This document shows positions 9,653-20,696 of a DNA stretch of 64,000 nt, in pieces (within the stretch, counting starts at the first letter, position 1; each line of letters starts with the position of its first letter). Made by a program: the position numbers and the translations under genes. The stretch lies in the NCBI GenBank assembly GCA_900551095.1, contig URUJ01000006.1, forward strand, positions 4,925-68,924, given 5' to 3'. The notes under the pieces are model-generated. The model was not told the DNA's origin, made no database searches, and was given only the letters and a program-made list of their open reading frames with translations. This stretch comes from an uncultured Anaerococcus sp. (GTDB taxonomy: Bacteria > Bacillota > Clostridia > Tissierellales > Peptoniphilaceae).

Positions 9653-11583
9653 TTAACCTTATATACTCCATAAGATTCATCATCGACTAACACTTCTACG
9701 CTTGTTCCTGACATTGACATAAACTTAAGCACCAAAACTCCTTCTTCATTTAAATCAGTATCAGTGTGGTAATCATTATATAATAAATCGCTTCTATTTC
9801 CGTTATTGTCAACCTTAAATATCTTCACGTTGTAATTTTCTTTGTCAGAATCTACATTTAGTCTTATTTCAACTTCTCTATTAGGACTTGGCTCTTTCTT
9901 TTCTTCTGCACCAAGACTTATTACAAAATCAATAGCAGAGTTTTCGGTTACCTCTGTTTCAGCACTTATTGATTGATTCATTACTAGACCTTTTTCGGTA
10001 TTTGATGAATATTGGTAATCAACATTTCTTACTCTTAGTCCGTTATTTCTTGCAGTGGCAATGGCATTTTGTTCGCTCATACCTATATAGTTTCCTACCT
10101 TGATTATCTCGGTTGAATCTTCCTTGCCTACAGAGATTACAAGATTTACTTCAGATCCTGACTGGACAGATGAACCGGCTGTTGGTTCTTGTCTAATAAC
10201 TAAGTCCTTTTCTACAGTATTTGAATAATCTGTTGATGTTGTTCCTATTTTTAGTCCCAAGTCTTTGAGTGTTTCTTCAGCTTGGCTTAGATTCATATTT
10301 TTAAGAACTGGGACTGTCACTTCTCTTCCCGATGAGATGACCAAATTTACTATCGAGCCTTTTTTTGATCTTGTGGATGCTTCTGGATCCTGGCTCATGA
10401 CCTTGCCTTTTTCATACTCATCGCTTTCTGCATATCTAGATATATTTGCCCTAAAACCTCTTTTTTCTAGTTGGCTAACAGCTTGTTCTTCTGTTAGATT
10501 TACAACTGTTGGCACTTCTATTTCGTCACTTCTATTTCTAGAAGAAAAGAAATATACTGCCGCAACTAAGATAAAAGCAAGAATAGCTAGAGGCCGTATT
10601 TTAATTGGTTTTTTCTTTTTTTCCTTATGAACTTTTCCTTCACCAGCCGATACATAAACTGCTTCTTTTTCTTCCTCGATAGGTTCTTTATAGATTTCCT
10701 TTTTAGGAACTACTATAGGAATTCTCGCTGTATCTTCAAAACTACTCTCTCCCTTTACCAAAGATTCGTCATCCAGAGCTTCTATGAGTTCTGTAGCATT
10801 TTGAAATCTCTCAGTAGGGTCTTTTTTAAGGAGTTTCATTATTATATAATTTAGGTGTTTGGATAGGTTTGGATTAATTTCTCTTGGAGGAATTGGATCA
10901 TCTTGGATGTGCATCACAGCAATTCCCACAGAATTATCCGCATCAAAAGGAACCTTTCCTGTAGCCATTTCATACATTACAGCGCCTAGGGAATATAGAT
11001 CTGATTTTAAATCTACAATTTTTCCCTTGGCTTGTTCTGGAGAAATATAATGAACTGTTCCTAAAATAGAGCTTGTATAGGTAATAGTTGCATTTGATGA
11101 AACTCTCGCAATTCCAAAATCAGTTACCTTGCACAAACCATATTTATCTATCAAAATATTTTGTGGCTTAATATCTCTATGAACTATACCGGAATCGTGG
11201 GCGCTCTTAAGTGCTTGGGCGATTTGGGTTGAATAATCAATAATATCGTGGTTTTCTAGCACTCTTTCACGATCAATTAAATCTTTTAAGGTCTCCCCTT
11301 CCACATATTCCATAACTATATATTGAATAAGCTTGCCATTTAGCATATCTTTTCCAATATCATAAACATTTACAATATTTATATGGGAAAGTCTTGCTGC
11401 TGACTGAGCTTCATTATTAAATTTCTTTGAAAATTCCTCATCTTCAGCGTATTGGTCTTTTAGGATTTTTATCGCAACATACCTACCTAAAAGTTTGTCC
11501 TTGGCCTTGTATACCTTGGCCATACCTCCAACGCCAATTTCTTTTATAATTTCATATCTACTGTCTAGTATTATTTTATCCAT
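9649..11583 (-). CDS. pknB: PASTA-domain Ser/Thr protein kinase (Stk1/PrkC/PknB family)
   Basis: IGVGGMA, HRDIKPQN, DFGIA, a TM helix and three PASTA-like repeats. Confidence 0.95.
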   Translation of the reverse strand: MDKIILDSRYEIIKEIGVGGMAKVYKAKDKLLGRYVAIKILKDQYAEDEEFSKKFNNEAQSAARLSHINIVNVYDIGKDMLNGKLIQYIVMEYVEGETLKDLIDRERVLENHDIIDYSTQIAQALKSAHDSGIVHRDIKPQNILIDKYGLCKVTDFGIARVSSNATITYTSSILGTVHYISPEQAKGKIVDLKSDLYSLGAVMYEMATGKVPFDADNSVGIAVMHIQDDPIPPREINPNLSKHLNYIIMKLLKKDPTERFQNATELIEALDDESLVKGESSFEDTARIPIVVPKKEIYKEPIEEEKEAVYVSAGEGKVHKEKKKKPIKIRPLAILAFILVAAVYFFSSRNRSDEIEVPTVVNLTEEQAVSQLEKRGFRANISRYAESDEYEKGKVMSQDPEASTRSKKGSIVNLVISSGREVTVPVLKNMNLSQAEETLKDLGLKIGTTSTDYSNTVEKDLVIRQEPTAGSSVQSGSEVNLVISVGKEDSTEIIKVGNYIGMSEQNAIATARNNGLRVRNVDYQYSSNTEKGLVMNQSISAETEVTENSAIDFVISLGAEEKKEPSPNREVEIRLNVDSDKENYNVKIFKVDNNGNRSDLLYNDYHTDTDLNEEGVLVLKFMSMSGTSVEVLVDDESYGVYKVN

Positions 11584-11592
11584 AATAACCTC

Positions 11593-12318
11593 TTATAGTA
11601 AAATCGTTGTAACAGTAATGTTATCCCTACCACCATGGTTTATGGCTTCTTCTACAAGCCTTGATGATATCTCATAGGGATCCTTATTATCTTTTACTAT
11701 CTCTCTAACTTTCTCGTCTGTTAACTCGTTTGTAAGCCCATCTGTAACCATTAGAACTATATCCTTCTCCTCCATAGGAAGAGATTTGCTGTCTGGGATT
11801 ATTTTTTTCTCAGTGCCTACAGCCCTAGTTATAGCTGACTTGTTTATAAAATTTTCTGCCTCATCTTCTGTTAGTGAACCGCTATCCAAAAGATCATTTA
11901 CCAAGGAATGATCTCTTGTTAGCTGAGTTAGAGTTTCATTCCTGTAAATATAGGCTCTGGAATCACCTAGATGGGTCAAGTGGTATAACTTGTTCTTATA
12001 GTCAATGCACAAGCATACTACAGTCGTACCCATCTTTATATCACCTTCTTCTAAGGATAGTTTATATATTTCTTCATTGGCATAGAAAATGGCTTCTTCC
12101 TGCAATTTAATATAGGAATCATAGCTATCTATATCAGCTTCTTTTATGTATTTAATAAATAGTTTTGCCGCAAGTTTGCTTGCGACATCACCCTTGCTGT
12201 GTCCACCCATGCCATCAGCTACTATGAAAAAATCTAAGTCCCCAAGACTTATATTAGAAAATGAGTCTTCATTTTCACTTCTTATCTTGCCTATATTTGT
12301 AATTGTGCTAAATTTCAT
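11593..12318 (-). CDS. PP2C-type Ser/Thr phosphatase (Stp1/PrpC)
   Basis: NEDS, VADGMGGH, GTT, GDSRAY, TDGL, GGRDNIT. Start adjusted to MKFST. Confidence 0.93.
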   Translation of the reverse strand: MKFSTITNIGKIRSENEDSFSNISLGDLDFFIVADGMGGHSKGDVASKLAAKLFIKYIKEADIDSYDSYIKLQEEAIFYANEEIYKLSLEEGDIKMGTTVVCLCIDYKNKLYHLTHLGDSRAYIYRNETLTQLTRDHSLVNDLLDSGSLTEDEAENFINKSAITRAVGTEKKIIPDSKSLPMEEKDIVLMVTDGLTNELTDEKVREIVKDNKDPYEISSRLVEEAINHGGRDNITVTTILL

Positions 12319-12320
12319 GC

Positions 12321-13343
12321 TTACCTCACATAATTGTTTCTTAATTGGCCACATGAAGCATCGATATCAGAACCCATGGACCTTCTAATGGTAGCGTTTA
12401 AGCCTCTTTTTGTTAATTTATTTTTAAAATCTTCCAGTACCTTGTTGTTAGGCTTTTTATGGTCAAATTCCTCTATAGGATTTAGTGGAATTAGGTTAAT
12501 ATGGACATTTTTTCCAAAAAGAAAGTCGTGGAGATTTTCCACATCTTCATTTAAGTTATTAACCCCATCAATTACTACATATTCAAAAGAAACCCTACGC
12601 CCAGTTTTATCGAAATAATAATCCGTAGCGTCAATAATTTCTTTAATTGAATATCTTTTTGCAATTGGCATATAAACAGCCCTTTTTTTATCATCAGCGT
12701 AATGTAGACTTAAGGCTAGGTTTACATCAAGTCCAGTGTCTGCTAATTTTTTGATTTTTGGAGCAAGGCCAGATGTAGATAATGTTATAGACCTGTGAGA
12801 TATATTCCTACCTTTGGGGTCTGTGATTATTTCTATAAACTTTTTGATATTAGAAAAATTATCTAGAGGTTCGCCAATTCCCATTATTACAATATTTGAA
12901 ATAGGACCATTTAATCTTTCCAATAAATAGACTTCTTCGATTAGTTCTGAACTTGTCATATTTCTTCTTAGACCATTTTTTGTAGATGCACAAAAACTAC
13001 AGCCCATCCTACATCCTACTTGACTAGAAACACAAATTGTAGACCTGTCTTTATATTCCATAAAAACTGCTTCAACTATATTTTTATCAGCAAGTTCCAA
13101 GAGATATTTTTTTGTAGAATCAACTTTTGATTCAAAAGTCTTAAATACCTTTATCTTATCTATTTTAAAATCATTTTGAAGTTCTTCTCGCATCTTTAAG
13201 GATAAATCAGTCATCTCGTTAAAATCATTTATCCTATTTACATGGATATTATGAAAAACCTGCTTTGCTCTAAATTTTTGGTAGGATTTTTCCTTAAAAA
13301 GATCTTCTATTTCAACTATTGTCTTGTCATTTATACTAATCAT
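12321..13343 (-). CDS. rlmN: 23S rRNA (adenine-2503-C2) methyltransferase
   Basis: CVSSQVGCRMGCSFCAS, MGIGEPL, DIDASCGQL. Confidence 0.96.
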   Translation of the reverse strand: MISINDKTIVEIEDLFKEKSYQKFRAKQVFHNIHVNRINDFNEMTDLSLKMREELQNDFKIDKIKVFKTFESKVDSTKKYLLELADKNIVEAVFMEYKDRSTICVSSQVGCRMGCSFCASTKNGLRRNMTSSELIEEVYLLERLNGPISNIVIMGIGEPLDNFSNIKKFIEIITDPKGRNISHRSITLSTSGLAPKIKKLADTGLDVNLALSLHYADDKKRAVYMPIAKRYSIKEIIDATDYYFDKTGRRVSFEYVVIDGVNNLNEDVENLHDFLFGKNVHINLIPLNPIEEFDHKKPNNKVLEDFKNKLTKRGLNATIRRSMGSDIDASCGQLRNNYVR

Positions 13344-14622
13344 ATTTTTTCCTAAATTTACTTATAAAAAATCCATCTGTCATAGTTTCAAAACTCTTAA
13401 ATTCTATGAAATCTTCGCCGTTTATAGCTACTAATTCTAAATTTTCTTTATCCATCAAAAATTTAAAATTATCCCTATTTTCTAAAGGACCAATAGTACA
13501 AGTAGAATACACAAGAAAACCACCCTTTTTAACATATTTAAGGGCATTTTCTAAAATTTCTCTTTGTAAATTTGCAAGTCGTACAATCGTTTCCTTACTT
13601 CTATTATATCGTATTTCTGGTTTTCTTCCTACTACTCCAAGCCCAGAACAAGGAGCATCGACTAAAACATAATCAAATCCATCCTTAAAATCCTCTACAA
13701 AGCTTGAAGCATCGTAATTTGTAAGGCTTATATTTTTAAGTCCTACCCTCTCAATATTTTCTAAAATTAGTTTGTTTTTGGATTTTGCTAGGTCATTGGC
13801 TACGATTTTTGCAGTATTTTTTGTGTATTCTGCAAGATAACTTGTCTTGGTACCTGGTGCTGCACATAAATCAAGAATTCTAGAATTTTCTTTTGGATCT
13901 AGTACTTCTACTGTTTTCATAGAAGCTTCTTGTTGGATAGTAAAAAAACCTGCCTTAAAAAGCTTAGAAGATGCAAGTCCTGCTGGATTTTTTACTATTA
14001 AGCTCATACTAGATATATTTCCCTCTTCGGCTTTAAACCCATCATCAATTAGCTTATTTTTTAACTCTTCCCTATTTATTTTGAGTGAATTTACCCTGAT
14101 AGCTAGGTTTTTTATCCTATCTGCATCCCTTAAATACGCCTTAGTATAATCCATTCCATAAAAATCATAGATATATCTAGTTATTTCTTCCGGAAAAGAA
14201 TATCTAATCGAAAGACTTTTAATGTCATCATTTTCGTATATGGTTGCTATTTCTTTTTCATCTCTTATAAATTCTCTTAAGATTGCATTTACAAAGCCAG
14301 TTGACCTTTTATTTTTCTTTTTAGTAAGGTCTACAAGCTTATCGACTGTAGCGTAATCTTTACTTTCTAGAAAATGAATATTATAAATCCCAATCTCTAG
14401 AATAACTAACACATTTTCATGGATTTTCTTAAATCTAATGTCAGATAGTTTTCTTATCATATAATCTATATAGATTTTATTTTCCAACACACCATAAACT
14501 GTTTTTGTAATTAGTGGAAGATTGGAGGCTTTATTCTCAAAAAAATTTATCATGTCAGCTGACTTTGCTTCGTCATAGATGACTTTTTTTAGAATAGAAA
14601 AAATTATTTCAAAATCAGTCAT
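13336..14622 (-). CDS. rsmB: 16S rRNA (cytosine-967-C5) methyltransferase
   Basis: NusB-like N-terminus (GFVNAILR), DLCAAPGTKT, DAPCSGLG, YSTCT. Confidence 0.94.
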   Translation of the reverse strand: MTDFEIIFSILKKVIYDEAKSADMINFFENKASNLPLITKTVYGVLENKIYIDYMIRKLSDIRFKKIHENVLVILEIGIYNIHFLESKDYATVDKLVDLTKKKNKRSTGFVNAILREFIRDEKEIATIYENDDIKSLSIRYSFPEEITRYIYDFYGMDYTKAYLRDADRIKNLAIRVNSLKINREELKNKLIDDGFKAEEGNISSMSLIVKNPAGLASSKLFKAGFFTIQQEASMKTVEVLDPKENSRILDLCAAPGTKTSYLAEYTKNTAKIVANDLAKSKNKLILENIERVGLKNISLTNYDASSFVEDFKDGFDYVLVDAPCSGLGVVGRKPEIRYNRSKETIVRLANLQREILENALKYVKKGGFLVYSTCTIGPLENRDNFKFLMDKENLELVAINGEDFIEFKSFETMTDGFFISKFRKKYD

Positions 14623-15550
14623 TTTCTAAAATAAGTCCCACTTCTATATCATTTCCTAGAAGAAAAGCTGCCGTATCCATGGCTTTTTTACCAGGAAATT
14701 GAATTTTTTCTACTCTTATAGAATAATCACCTGTTCCTATTACTAGTTTATCCTTTTTATTTGCTGCAAGGATTTCGCCAGCTTCGCCTTTTTTATCACA
14801 AAAAGACGCCTTGTAAATTTTGACATTTTCTCCCTTATAGGTAAAAAATGCAACTGGATAGGCTACAAGAGCTCTAATTTTGTTGAGTATTTCATCACTT
14901 GACTTTCTCCAGTCGATTTTTCCCATAGCTTTATCAATCTTAGTGCAAAAAGTCGCCTGACTGTCATCTTGGGCGGTTCTATTTTTATAAACTTCTTCAT
15001 AATTTATTATAGAATCTCTTATAGCCTCTCCGCCTAATTTGCCAAGTTTTTCTTCAAGGTCAAAATAATCATCATTTTCTTCTATATCCATTTCCCTTTG
15101 GATAAGGATATCACCAGAATCCATAGCTTTTTCAATAAGCATGGATGTTGCAGCGGTCTTTTTTTCTCCATTTAAAAGTGTAAACTGCATAGGACTTGCT
15201 CCCCTGTATTTTGGTAGGAAAGAAGGATGGAGGTTTATTATCCTATCCTTAAAATTATCTAGTAAGATTTCTTTAATCATTTGCCCGAAGGCTACAACGA
15301 CTATGTAATCAATATCAAGTTCTTTTAACAAACTTACAAATTCTTCTGTATTTACAGAATCAGGTGTTTCAACCCTAATTCCCTTATCTTCTGCATATTT
15401 TTTTACAGGAGTTGGGCTAAATTTATTTCTAGATCTTCTCTTGTCTTTACTTGAAACAACAAGACTTACATTTATATTTTCATCTCTATAAAGAATATCC
15501 AAAGTCTGCAAAGCAAACTTTGGATTACCCATAAAACATATATTAATCAT
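14615..15550 (-). CDS. fmt: methionyl-tRNA formyltransferase
   Basis: FMGNPKFA, INLHPSFLPKYRGASP; follows def. Confidence 0.95.
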   Translation of the reverse strand: MINICFMGNPKFALQTLDILYRDENINVSLVVSSKDKRRSRNKFSPTPVKKYAEDKGIRVETPDSVNTEEFVSLLKELDIDYIVVVAFGQMIKEILLDNFKDRIINLHPSFLPKYRGASPMQFTLLNGEKKTAATSMLIEKAMDSGDILIQREMDIEENDDYFDLEEKLGKLGGEAIRDSIINYEEVYKNRTAQDDSQATFCTKIDKAMGKIDWRKSSDEILNKIRALVAYPVAFFTYKGENVKIYKASFCDKKGEAGEILAANKKDKLVIGTGDYSIRVEKIQFPGKKAMDTAAFLLGNDIEVGLILEND

Positions 15551-16028
15551 TATCTTCTGCCATTTCTTCTATTTTATACTCTTCGATATACTTATCCTTG
15601 AATAAAATACCGTCAAGATGGTCTATTTCATGGCATAGAATTACCGCAGGAAAGCCATGGGCGTCCCAAACTTTTTCTACGCCTTCTTCGTCTAAATATT
15701 TAACTTTTACATGCTCTGGTCTTTTAACTGTTGCGTTAAAATCTGGAATTGAAAGACAACCTTCAAGCCCTATTTGTTCCCCATCTTTTTCTATGATTTC
15801 TGGATTTACAAGCTTAACAAGACCTGTTTGTCCGTCATGTGGATCTACAACTATGACTCTTCTTAAGTTTCCCACTTGTGGTGCTGCCAGACCAACTCCA
15901 TCAGCATCATACATAGTTTCTGCCATATCATCTAAAAGAATTCTAATCCTATCTGTTACTTCATCAACTTCTCTTGATATTTTTCTTAAAATCGGATCTC
16001 CATCTATTCTTATATTTCTAATTGCCAT
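15543..16028 (-). CDS. def: peptide deformylase
   Basis: GVGLAAPQVG, EGCLS, HEIDH. Start adjusted to MAIRN after RBS AAGGAGG. Confidence 0.96.
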   Translation of the reverse strand: MAIRNIRIDGDPILRKISREVDEVTDRIRILLDDMAETMYDADGVGLAAPQVGNLRRVIVVDPHDGQTGLVKLVNPEIIEKDGEQIGLEGCLSIPDFNATVKRPEHVKVKYLDEEGVEKVWDAHGFPAVILCHEIDHLDGILFKDKYIEEYKIEEMAEDND

Positions 16029-16117
16029 ACTTCCTCCTTTTAGCATTTAATGCCGAGAATTTTTCTGCAATTTATTTCTTTCTTATCCTAAATATTTTAC
16101 TGGTTTTAAGCTTTTAT

Positions 16118-19100
16118 TCAATTATCTGTAAATCCTATAGAATAAAGCTTTGATATACCTTTATCGTTGATTGTTACCCCGTGGATTTTCTCAGCAAGTT
16201 GCATAGTTGTCTGCCTGTGGGTAATCATTATGAATTGAGTATTATTAGATAGACTTTTTAAATAGTCTATATATCTTTTGATATTTGATTCATCAAGAGC
16301 AGCATCAATCTCATCCAATATAGAAAAAGGTGCAGGATTTTGCTCAAATATTGCAAAAAGAAGTGCTACAGCAGTCAAAGCTTTTTCTCCACCAGATAAA
16401 AGCGAGATTGACTTTAGGGATTTGCTAGGCGGTTTAGCTTCTATTTCTACTCCCGCTGTAAGGAAATCTTCGCTATCTAGAATAAGTCTAGCATCTCCTC
16501 CCATAAAAAGAATTTTGAAAATTTTTGTAAAGTTCCTATTTATTATAGCAAAATTCTTAGAAAACCCTTCTTTCATTTCCTTTTCAAGCCTTACAATCAT
16601 TTTTTCTATATCTCTTTTTGAATTTTTCAAATCTTCTACTTGATCTTTGATAAAGCTTACTTCTTTATCTATATTATCAAAATCTTCGAGGGCTGTTTCC
16701 GTAAAAAATCCTACTTCATTTATCTTTTTTTGGATATCAATTAATTCTGTCTTTGTAGGATTTATTTTATCTTCTGCCTTGTATTTTTCTTCCAAATTTT
16801 CTATACTCATTGTTATATAAGGTTTTACTTCATCTTCAAGATTTTTATAATTTTCACTTGCAGAATCTAATTTATATGAAAGTTTCACTCTTTTTACGTC
16901 AAGATTTTTTAACTCATCTTCTAGCCTTGCATTTTCCGCAATTAATTTACTATTTTCGCTTTCTTTTATCTTGAGATTTTCTTTAAGCTTATCTATAGTT
17001 TCGCTTATTTTCTCTGCTTCATTTTTGTATAATTCTATCGATTTTTTTAGTGAATCTTCTGTTTCTTTTGAAGACTTTAAATCTTCATTAAGTTTATCAA
17101 ATAATTTATTTTGAATTTTTTTGTTATTTTCAATATCGCTAATATTATTTTTTATATTAGTCAAAGAATTCTCTACTAAACTTCTATCTCTTTTATAAAT
17201 TTCAAGCTTATTAGTGAGATTTATGATTTCTTCTTTTAGTAAATCAAAATCTTTACTCTTTTCTCCTAATAATTTATTTTGCTTTAAAAGACTATCATTA
17301 AGAGCGTTCTCTTCTATCTTTAGTCTTTCTATATCTATATCACTTTCCCCATCCTCATAGCTTTGTTTATCACCATCTAGGTCTTTTCTACGCTCCTTTC
17401 GGGACTCAATCTTTAGTTTTAGCCTTTCCTTGCTATTTACTAGATCCTTTCTTTCCAAATCTTTTTTCTCAAAAACCTCTTTAAGGTCTATAATTTCATT
17501 TCTTTTTGTATCTAATTTATAATTCAGATTTTCAACTAGTTCTCCTAAAGATTGTTGCTTTTGTTTATAATTTTTGATTGATGTTTCTAAATCAATTAAT
17601 TTTTTCTTTCTATTTAGTAGGTTAATATTTGTTCTTTTATTCTTGTTGCTACCTGCAACCATAGAACCCCAAGTGTTTATGATATCAAGGTTTAAGCTTA
17701 TAATTCTATAACCTTTAATCTTTTTTGAAAGAGAAATGGCTGCGTCTATATCCTTTACAACTACAGTAGAGCCTAAAAAATGGCCAATAATTCCAGTAAG
17801 TTTGCTATCATAGCCAACAAGTTCATAGGCCATAGCAATTACTTCAGGCTCATTTGGTTTTTCTTTCATAAAAGATTTTATTGAGTCAATAGGCAAGAAG
17901 GTCAACCTACCTAGCTTTTCCCTATTAACAAAATTTATTAATTCTCGGGTATCTTCTTTACTTCTTGTGACGATATTTTGAAGACCAGCTCCGATCAAAT
18001 TATCTATTATCTCCTCATAACCTATCCTAACAGAAATAAGATTGGCAAGGGTATCTAGATAAAAACCGCCTAGGCCATTTATCCTTGTCTTTTTAAGGAA
18101 GTCTTGTACTGGATAAAAGTATCCTTGGTTATTTTCCAATAAGTTTTTTTCAATTTTATAATCAGAAAGCATAGATTTCATATCTAGCTTTATATTATTT
18201 AAACTTGATGTATTTTTATTTATATCCTCATTTAACTTATTTATAACATCAGCTATATTTCTTATCTTATCTTCAAGATTTAATATTTCAGTAGATGTGT
18301 CTTTTTCTCTAGTTTCTAATTTTTGATATTCACTTTCTAAACTCTCGATTTCTTGGTCAAGTTTTTCTATCCTAAGCTTTTTTTCTTCCAAGTCCTTTTT
18401 TCTTTTCTCATCAATTATGGCCCTTGATTTTTCAAAGACTTGATAATCTAATATTTTCGCCTTTACTTCCTCGTGAGAGATTTTTTCTTTAAAAATTTCT
18501 TCATTTAAAATCTTTATTTCATATTCAAGCTTATCACGAATTTCTATTTTGTTTGATAAATTATTCTCCGCTTCTGTAACAGCTTCTATTAGGCTATTAA
18601 GCTTAACTTCATTTTCTGATAAATTTTCATTTTCTCTCTTATAATTTGTTTCAAGACTAGCAAGGATTTCGCCAATCCTATCTCTATCTTTTTGGTCATA
18701 GTCAATCTTTTGTTCATTTAATTTTAGGCTAGAATTCGACTTGTCAATATTTTTCTCATAAGAGGTGAAATTTGCTATAAGCTTATCAAGTCTCTCTTTT
18801 TCATTGTTGTAGTCTTTTTTATAGGGACCTAATTTTTCCTTTATATTTTTATTTTCATCTTCTAAAGATAAAATATTCTGATCTAACTCTTCAAGTTCTT
18901 TTTTTAAAGAATCTCTTTTTGTAATAAGATCAGAAGATTTATTCTTTAGATAAAAATAAGATTTTCTATTTATATCTTCAGTTAATTCTTTATTTCTTAG
19001 GAAATTATCCTTGTAAGTTTTGAAAAGATTGAAGTCTTTTTTCTTATATTCAAGTTCTTTTTCGATAATTTCAAGGTCATCATTAACAGATACTAGCTTT

Positions 19101-19630
19101 TTTTCCGCCTCATCTCTCCTATATTTGTGCTTAGAAATACCTGATGCTTCTTCAAAAATCGCCCTCCTATCCTTTGGTGATGATAAGATTATTTCATCAA
19201 TCCTACCTTGACCAATTATTGAATAGCCTTCCTTGCCAACTCCAGTATCAAAAAATAATTCCCTAACATCCTTAAGTCTAACTCTTTTGTTGTTTATTTT
19301 ATATTCATTTTCCCCAGACCTGTAAATCCTACGGGTAATGGCTACCTTATCATAAGGGATATCCAATTTTTTATCTTCATTGGAAAAATTCAGGCTAACT
19401 TCAGCTATATTCATAGAAGTTTTTGCCCCTGTAAAGATAACATCTTTCATGTTTGAACCACGAAGGCTTTTTACTGATTGTTCGCCTAAAACCCATCTTA
19501 CGGCGTCAGATATATTAGACTTACCAGAACCATTTGGACCTACAACTGCCGTTATCTGGCTGTCAAATTTGATTGTTGTTTTTTCAGCAAAGGACTTAAA
19601 TCCTTTAAGCTCTATACTTTCTAATCTAAT
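16118..19630 (-). CDS. smc: chromosome segregation protein SMC
   Basis: Hinge (GRLTFLP), LSGGEK and LDEIDAALD. The reading frame extends 60 codons upstream of the ORF-track ATG to include Walker A (VVGPNGSGKSNI), beginning at ATT (19630). Confidence 0.93.
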   Translation of the reverse strand: MRLESIELKGFKSFAEKTTIKFDSQITAVVGPNGSGKSNISDAVRWVLGEQSVKSLRGSNMKDVIFTGAKTSMNIAEVSLNFSNEDKKLDIPYDKVAITRRIYRSGENEYKINNKRVRLKDVRELFFDTGVGKEGYSIIGQGRIDEIILSSPKDRRAIFEEASGISKHKYRRDEAEKKLVSVNDDLEIIEKELEYKKKDFNLFKTYKDNFLRNKELTEDINRKSYFYLKNKSSDLITKRDSLKKELEELDQNILSLEDENKNIKEKLGPYKKDYNNEKERLDKLIANFTSYEKNIDKSNSSLKLNEQKIDYDQKDRDRIGEILASLETNYKRENENLSENEVKLNSLIEAVTEAENNLSNKIEIRDKLEYEIKILNEEIFKEKISHEEVKAKILDYQVFEKSRAIIDEKRKKDLEEKKLRIEKLDQEIESLESEYQKLETREKDTSTEILNLEDKIRNIADVINKLNEDINKNTSSLNNIKLDMKSMLSDYKIEKNLLENNQGYFYPVQDFLKKTRINGLGGFYLDTLANLISVRIGYEEIIDNLIGAGLQNIVTRSKEDTRELINFVNREKLGRLTFLPIDSIKSFMKEKPNEPEVIAMAYELVGYDSKLTGIIGHFLGSTVVVKDIDAAISLSKKIKGYRIISLNLDIINTWGSMVAGSNKNKRTNINLLNRKKKLIDLETSIKNYKQKQQSLGELVENLNYKLDTKRNEIIDLKEVFEKKDLERKDLVNSKERLKLKIESRKERRKDLDGDKQSYEDGESDIDIERLKIEENALNDSLLKQNKLLGEKSKDFDLLKEEIINLTNKLEIYKRDRSLVENSLTNIKNNISDIENNKKIQNKLFDKLNEDLKSSKETEDSLKKSIELYKNEAEKISETIDKLKENLKIKESENSKLIAENARLEDELKNLDVKRVKLSYKLDSASENYKNLEDEVKPYITMSIENLEEKYKAEDKINPTKTELIDIQKKINEVGFFTETALEDFDNIDKEVSFIKDQVEDLKNSKRDIEKMIVRLEKEMKEGFSKNFAIINRNFTKIFKILFMGGDARLILDSEDFLTAGVEIEAKPPSKSLKSISLLSGGEKALTAVALLFAIFEQNPAPFSILDEIDAALDESNIKRYIDYLKSLSNNTQFIMITHRQTTMQLAEKIHGVTINDKGISKLYSIGFTDN

Positions 19631-20696
19631 TTAAATCACCACCGTAATTTTTTTCCACATATTTCCTTATGAACGTCTTTAAATCTAACTCTATTTTTTT
19701 ACTTTTATTTACTAAATAAAAGTCTTCATCATTTACAAAGGTCATTTTTATCCTATACTTATCGTAAAAATATTTTTTGTTTGATTTTTTATTTCCAGCA
19801 ATTAAAGAAATCTCTCTTGGTTTTGAATGAATGATTATATCATCTTTTAAGTTTTCAGCTTTAATCATATCTTCAAGGTAAAGTTTATAAATATAAGATT
19901 CAACAAGTTGCCTCATTGCTGGATGAAAAGGTCCAGCAACTACGTCTTTTCCTTCGTTGATATTTTCTGTAGGTTGAAGGCCAATTCTTATGACATTAAT
20001 ATCCTTATATTCATAAATCATCAGAACTTCTGCCGATATTTCCGCCGCTTCAGATAGACTTAAAGGCTTATAAAAACTAGCTTTGTACAAACTTTCAAGT
20101 TTTGTATCTTTAATTACAAGAGTTGGGTAAATCCTTGCTATATCGGGTTTAATTTTTGCAGATTCCTTAGCTGTAGCAATTATCTTTTCTCGGCTGTCTT
20201 TATAAAGTCCTGGCATAATTTGATGGCCCAGAGTAAAACCATATTCTTTTATGAGTCCACTTGCTACCTTGCTATCTTTAGCTGTATGGCCCCTCTCGTT
20301 TGCGCAAAGCACCTCATCAGAAAAAGACTGGATACCTAGTTCTATTGTATCTACCTCATAATCTTTTAAACAAGATAGAATGGAATTATTTATATAATCA
20401 GGTCTGGTTGAAAGTCTGATTCTATCAATAATGCCCTTCTTTTTATAATAATTTGCAATTTCCAAATAAGAAATCATTGTCTCATGAGGAAGTCCTGTAA
20501 AAGATCCACCATAAAAAGCAATTTCCTTGGGAGATTTCTTATCTTTAAAATAAGATAAATAAGATTCTATTTGATTTTTTATAGAAGTAGAATCCGCTGT
20601 ATCCCTATAATTTGTAATTTTAACTTGGTTACAAAAGGCACAGTCGTGTGGGCAACCCAAAAAAGGTATGAAAATTGGTATAATTTGCCTAGTCAT
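19626..20696 (-). CDS. radical SAM protein (Elp3/YhcC-like, commonly between rnc and smc)
   Basis: IPIFIPFLGCPHDCAFCNQ CxxxCxxC, FYGGSFT, STRPD, GPFHPA. Start adjusted to MTRQII. Confidence 0.88.
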   Translation of the reverse strand: MTRQIIPIFIPFLGCPHDCAFCNQVKITNYRDTADSTSIKNQIESYLSYFKDKKSPKEIAFYGGSFTGLPHETMISYLEIANYYKKKGIIDRIRLSTRPDYINNSILSCLKDYEVDTIELGIQSFSDEVLCANERGHTAKDSKVASGLIKEYGFTLGHQIMPGLYKDSREKIIATAKESAKIKPDIARIYPTLVIKDTKLESLYKASFYKPLSLSEAAEISAEVLMIYEYKDINVIRIGLQPTENINEGKDVVAGPFHPAMRQLVESYIYKLYLEDMIKAENLKDDIIIHSKPREISLIAGNKKSNKKYFYDKYRIKMTFVNDEDFYLVNKSKKIELDLKTFIRKYVEKNYGGDLN

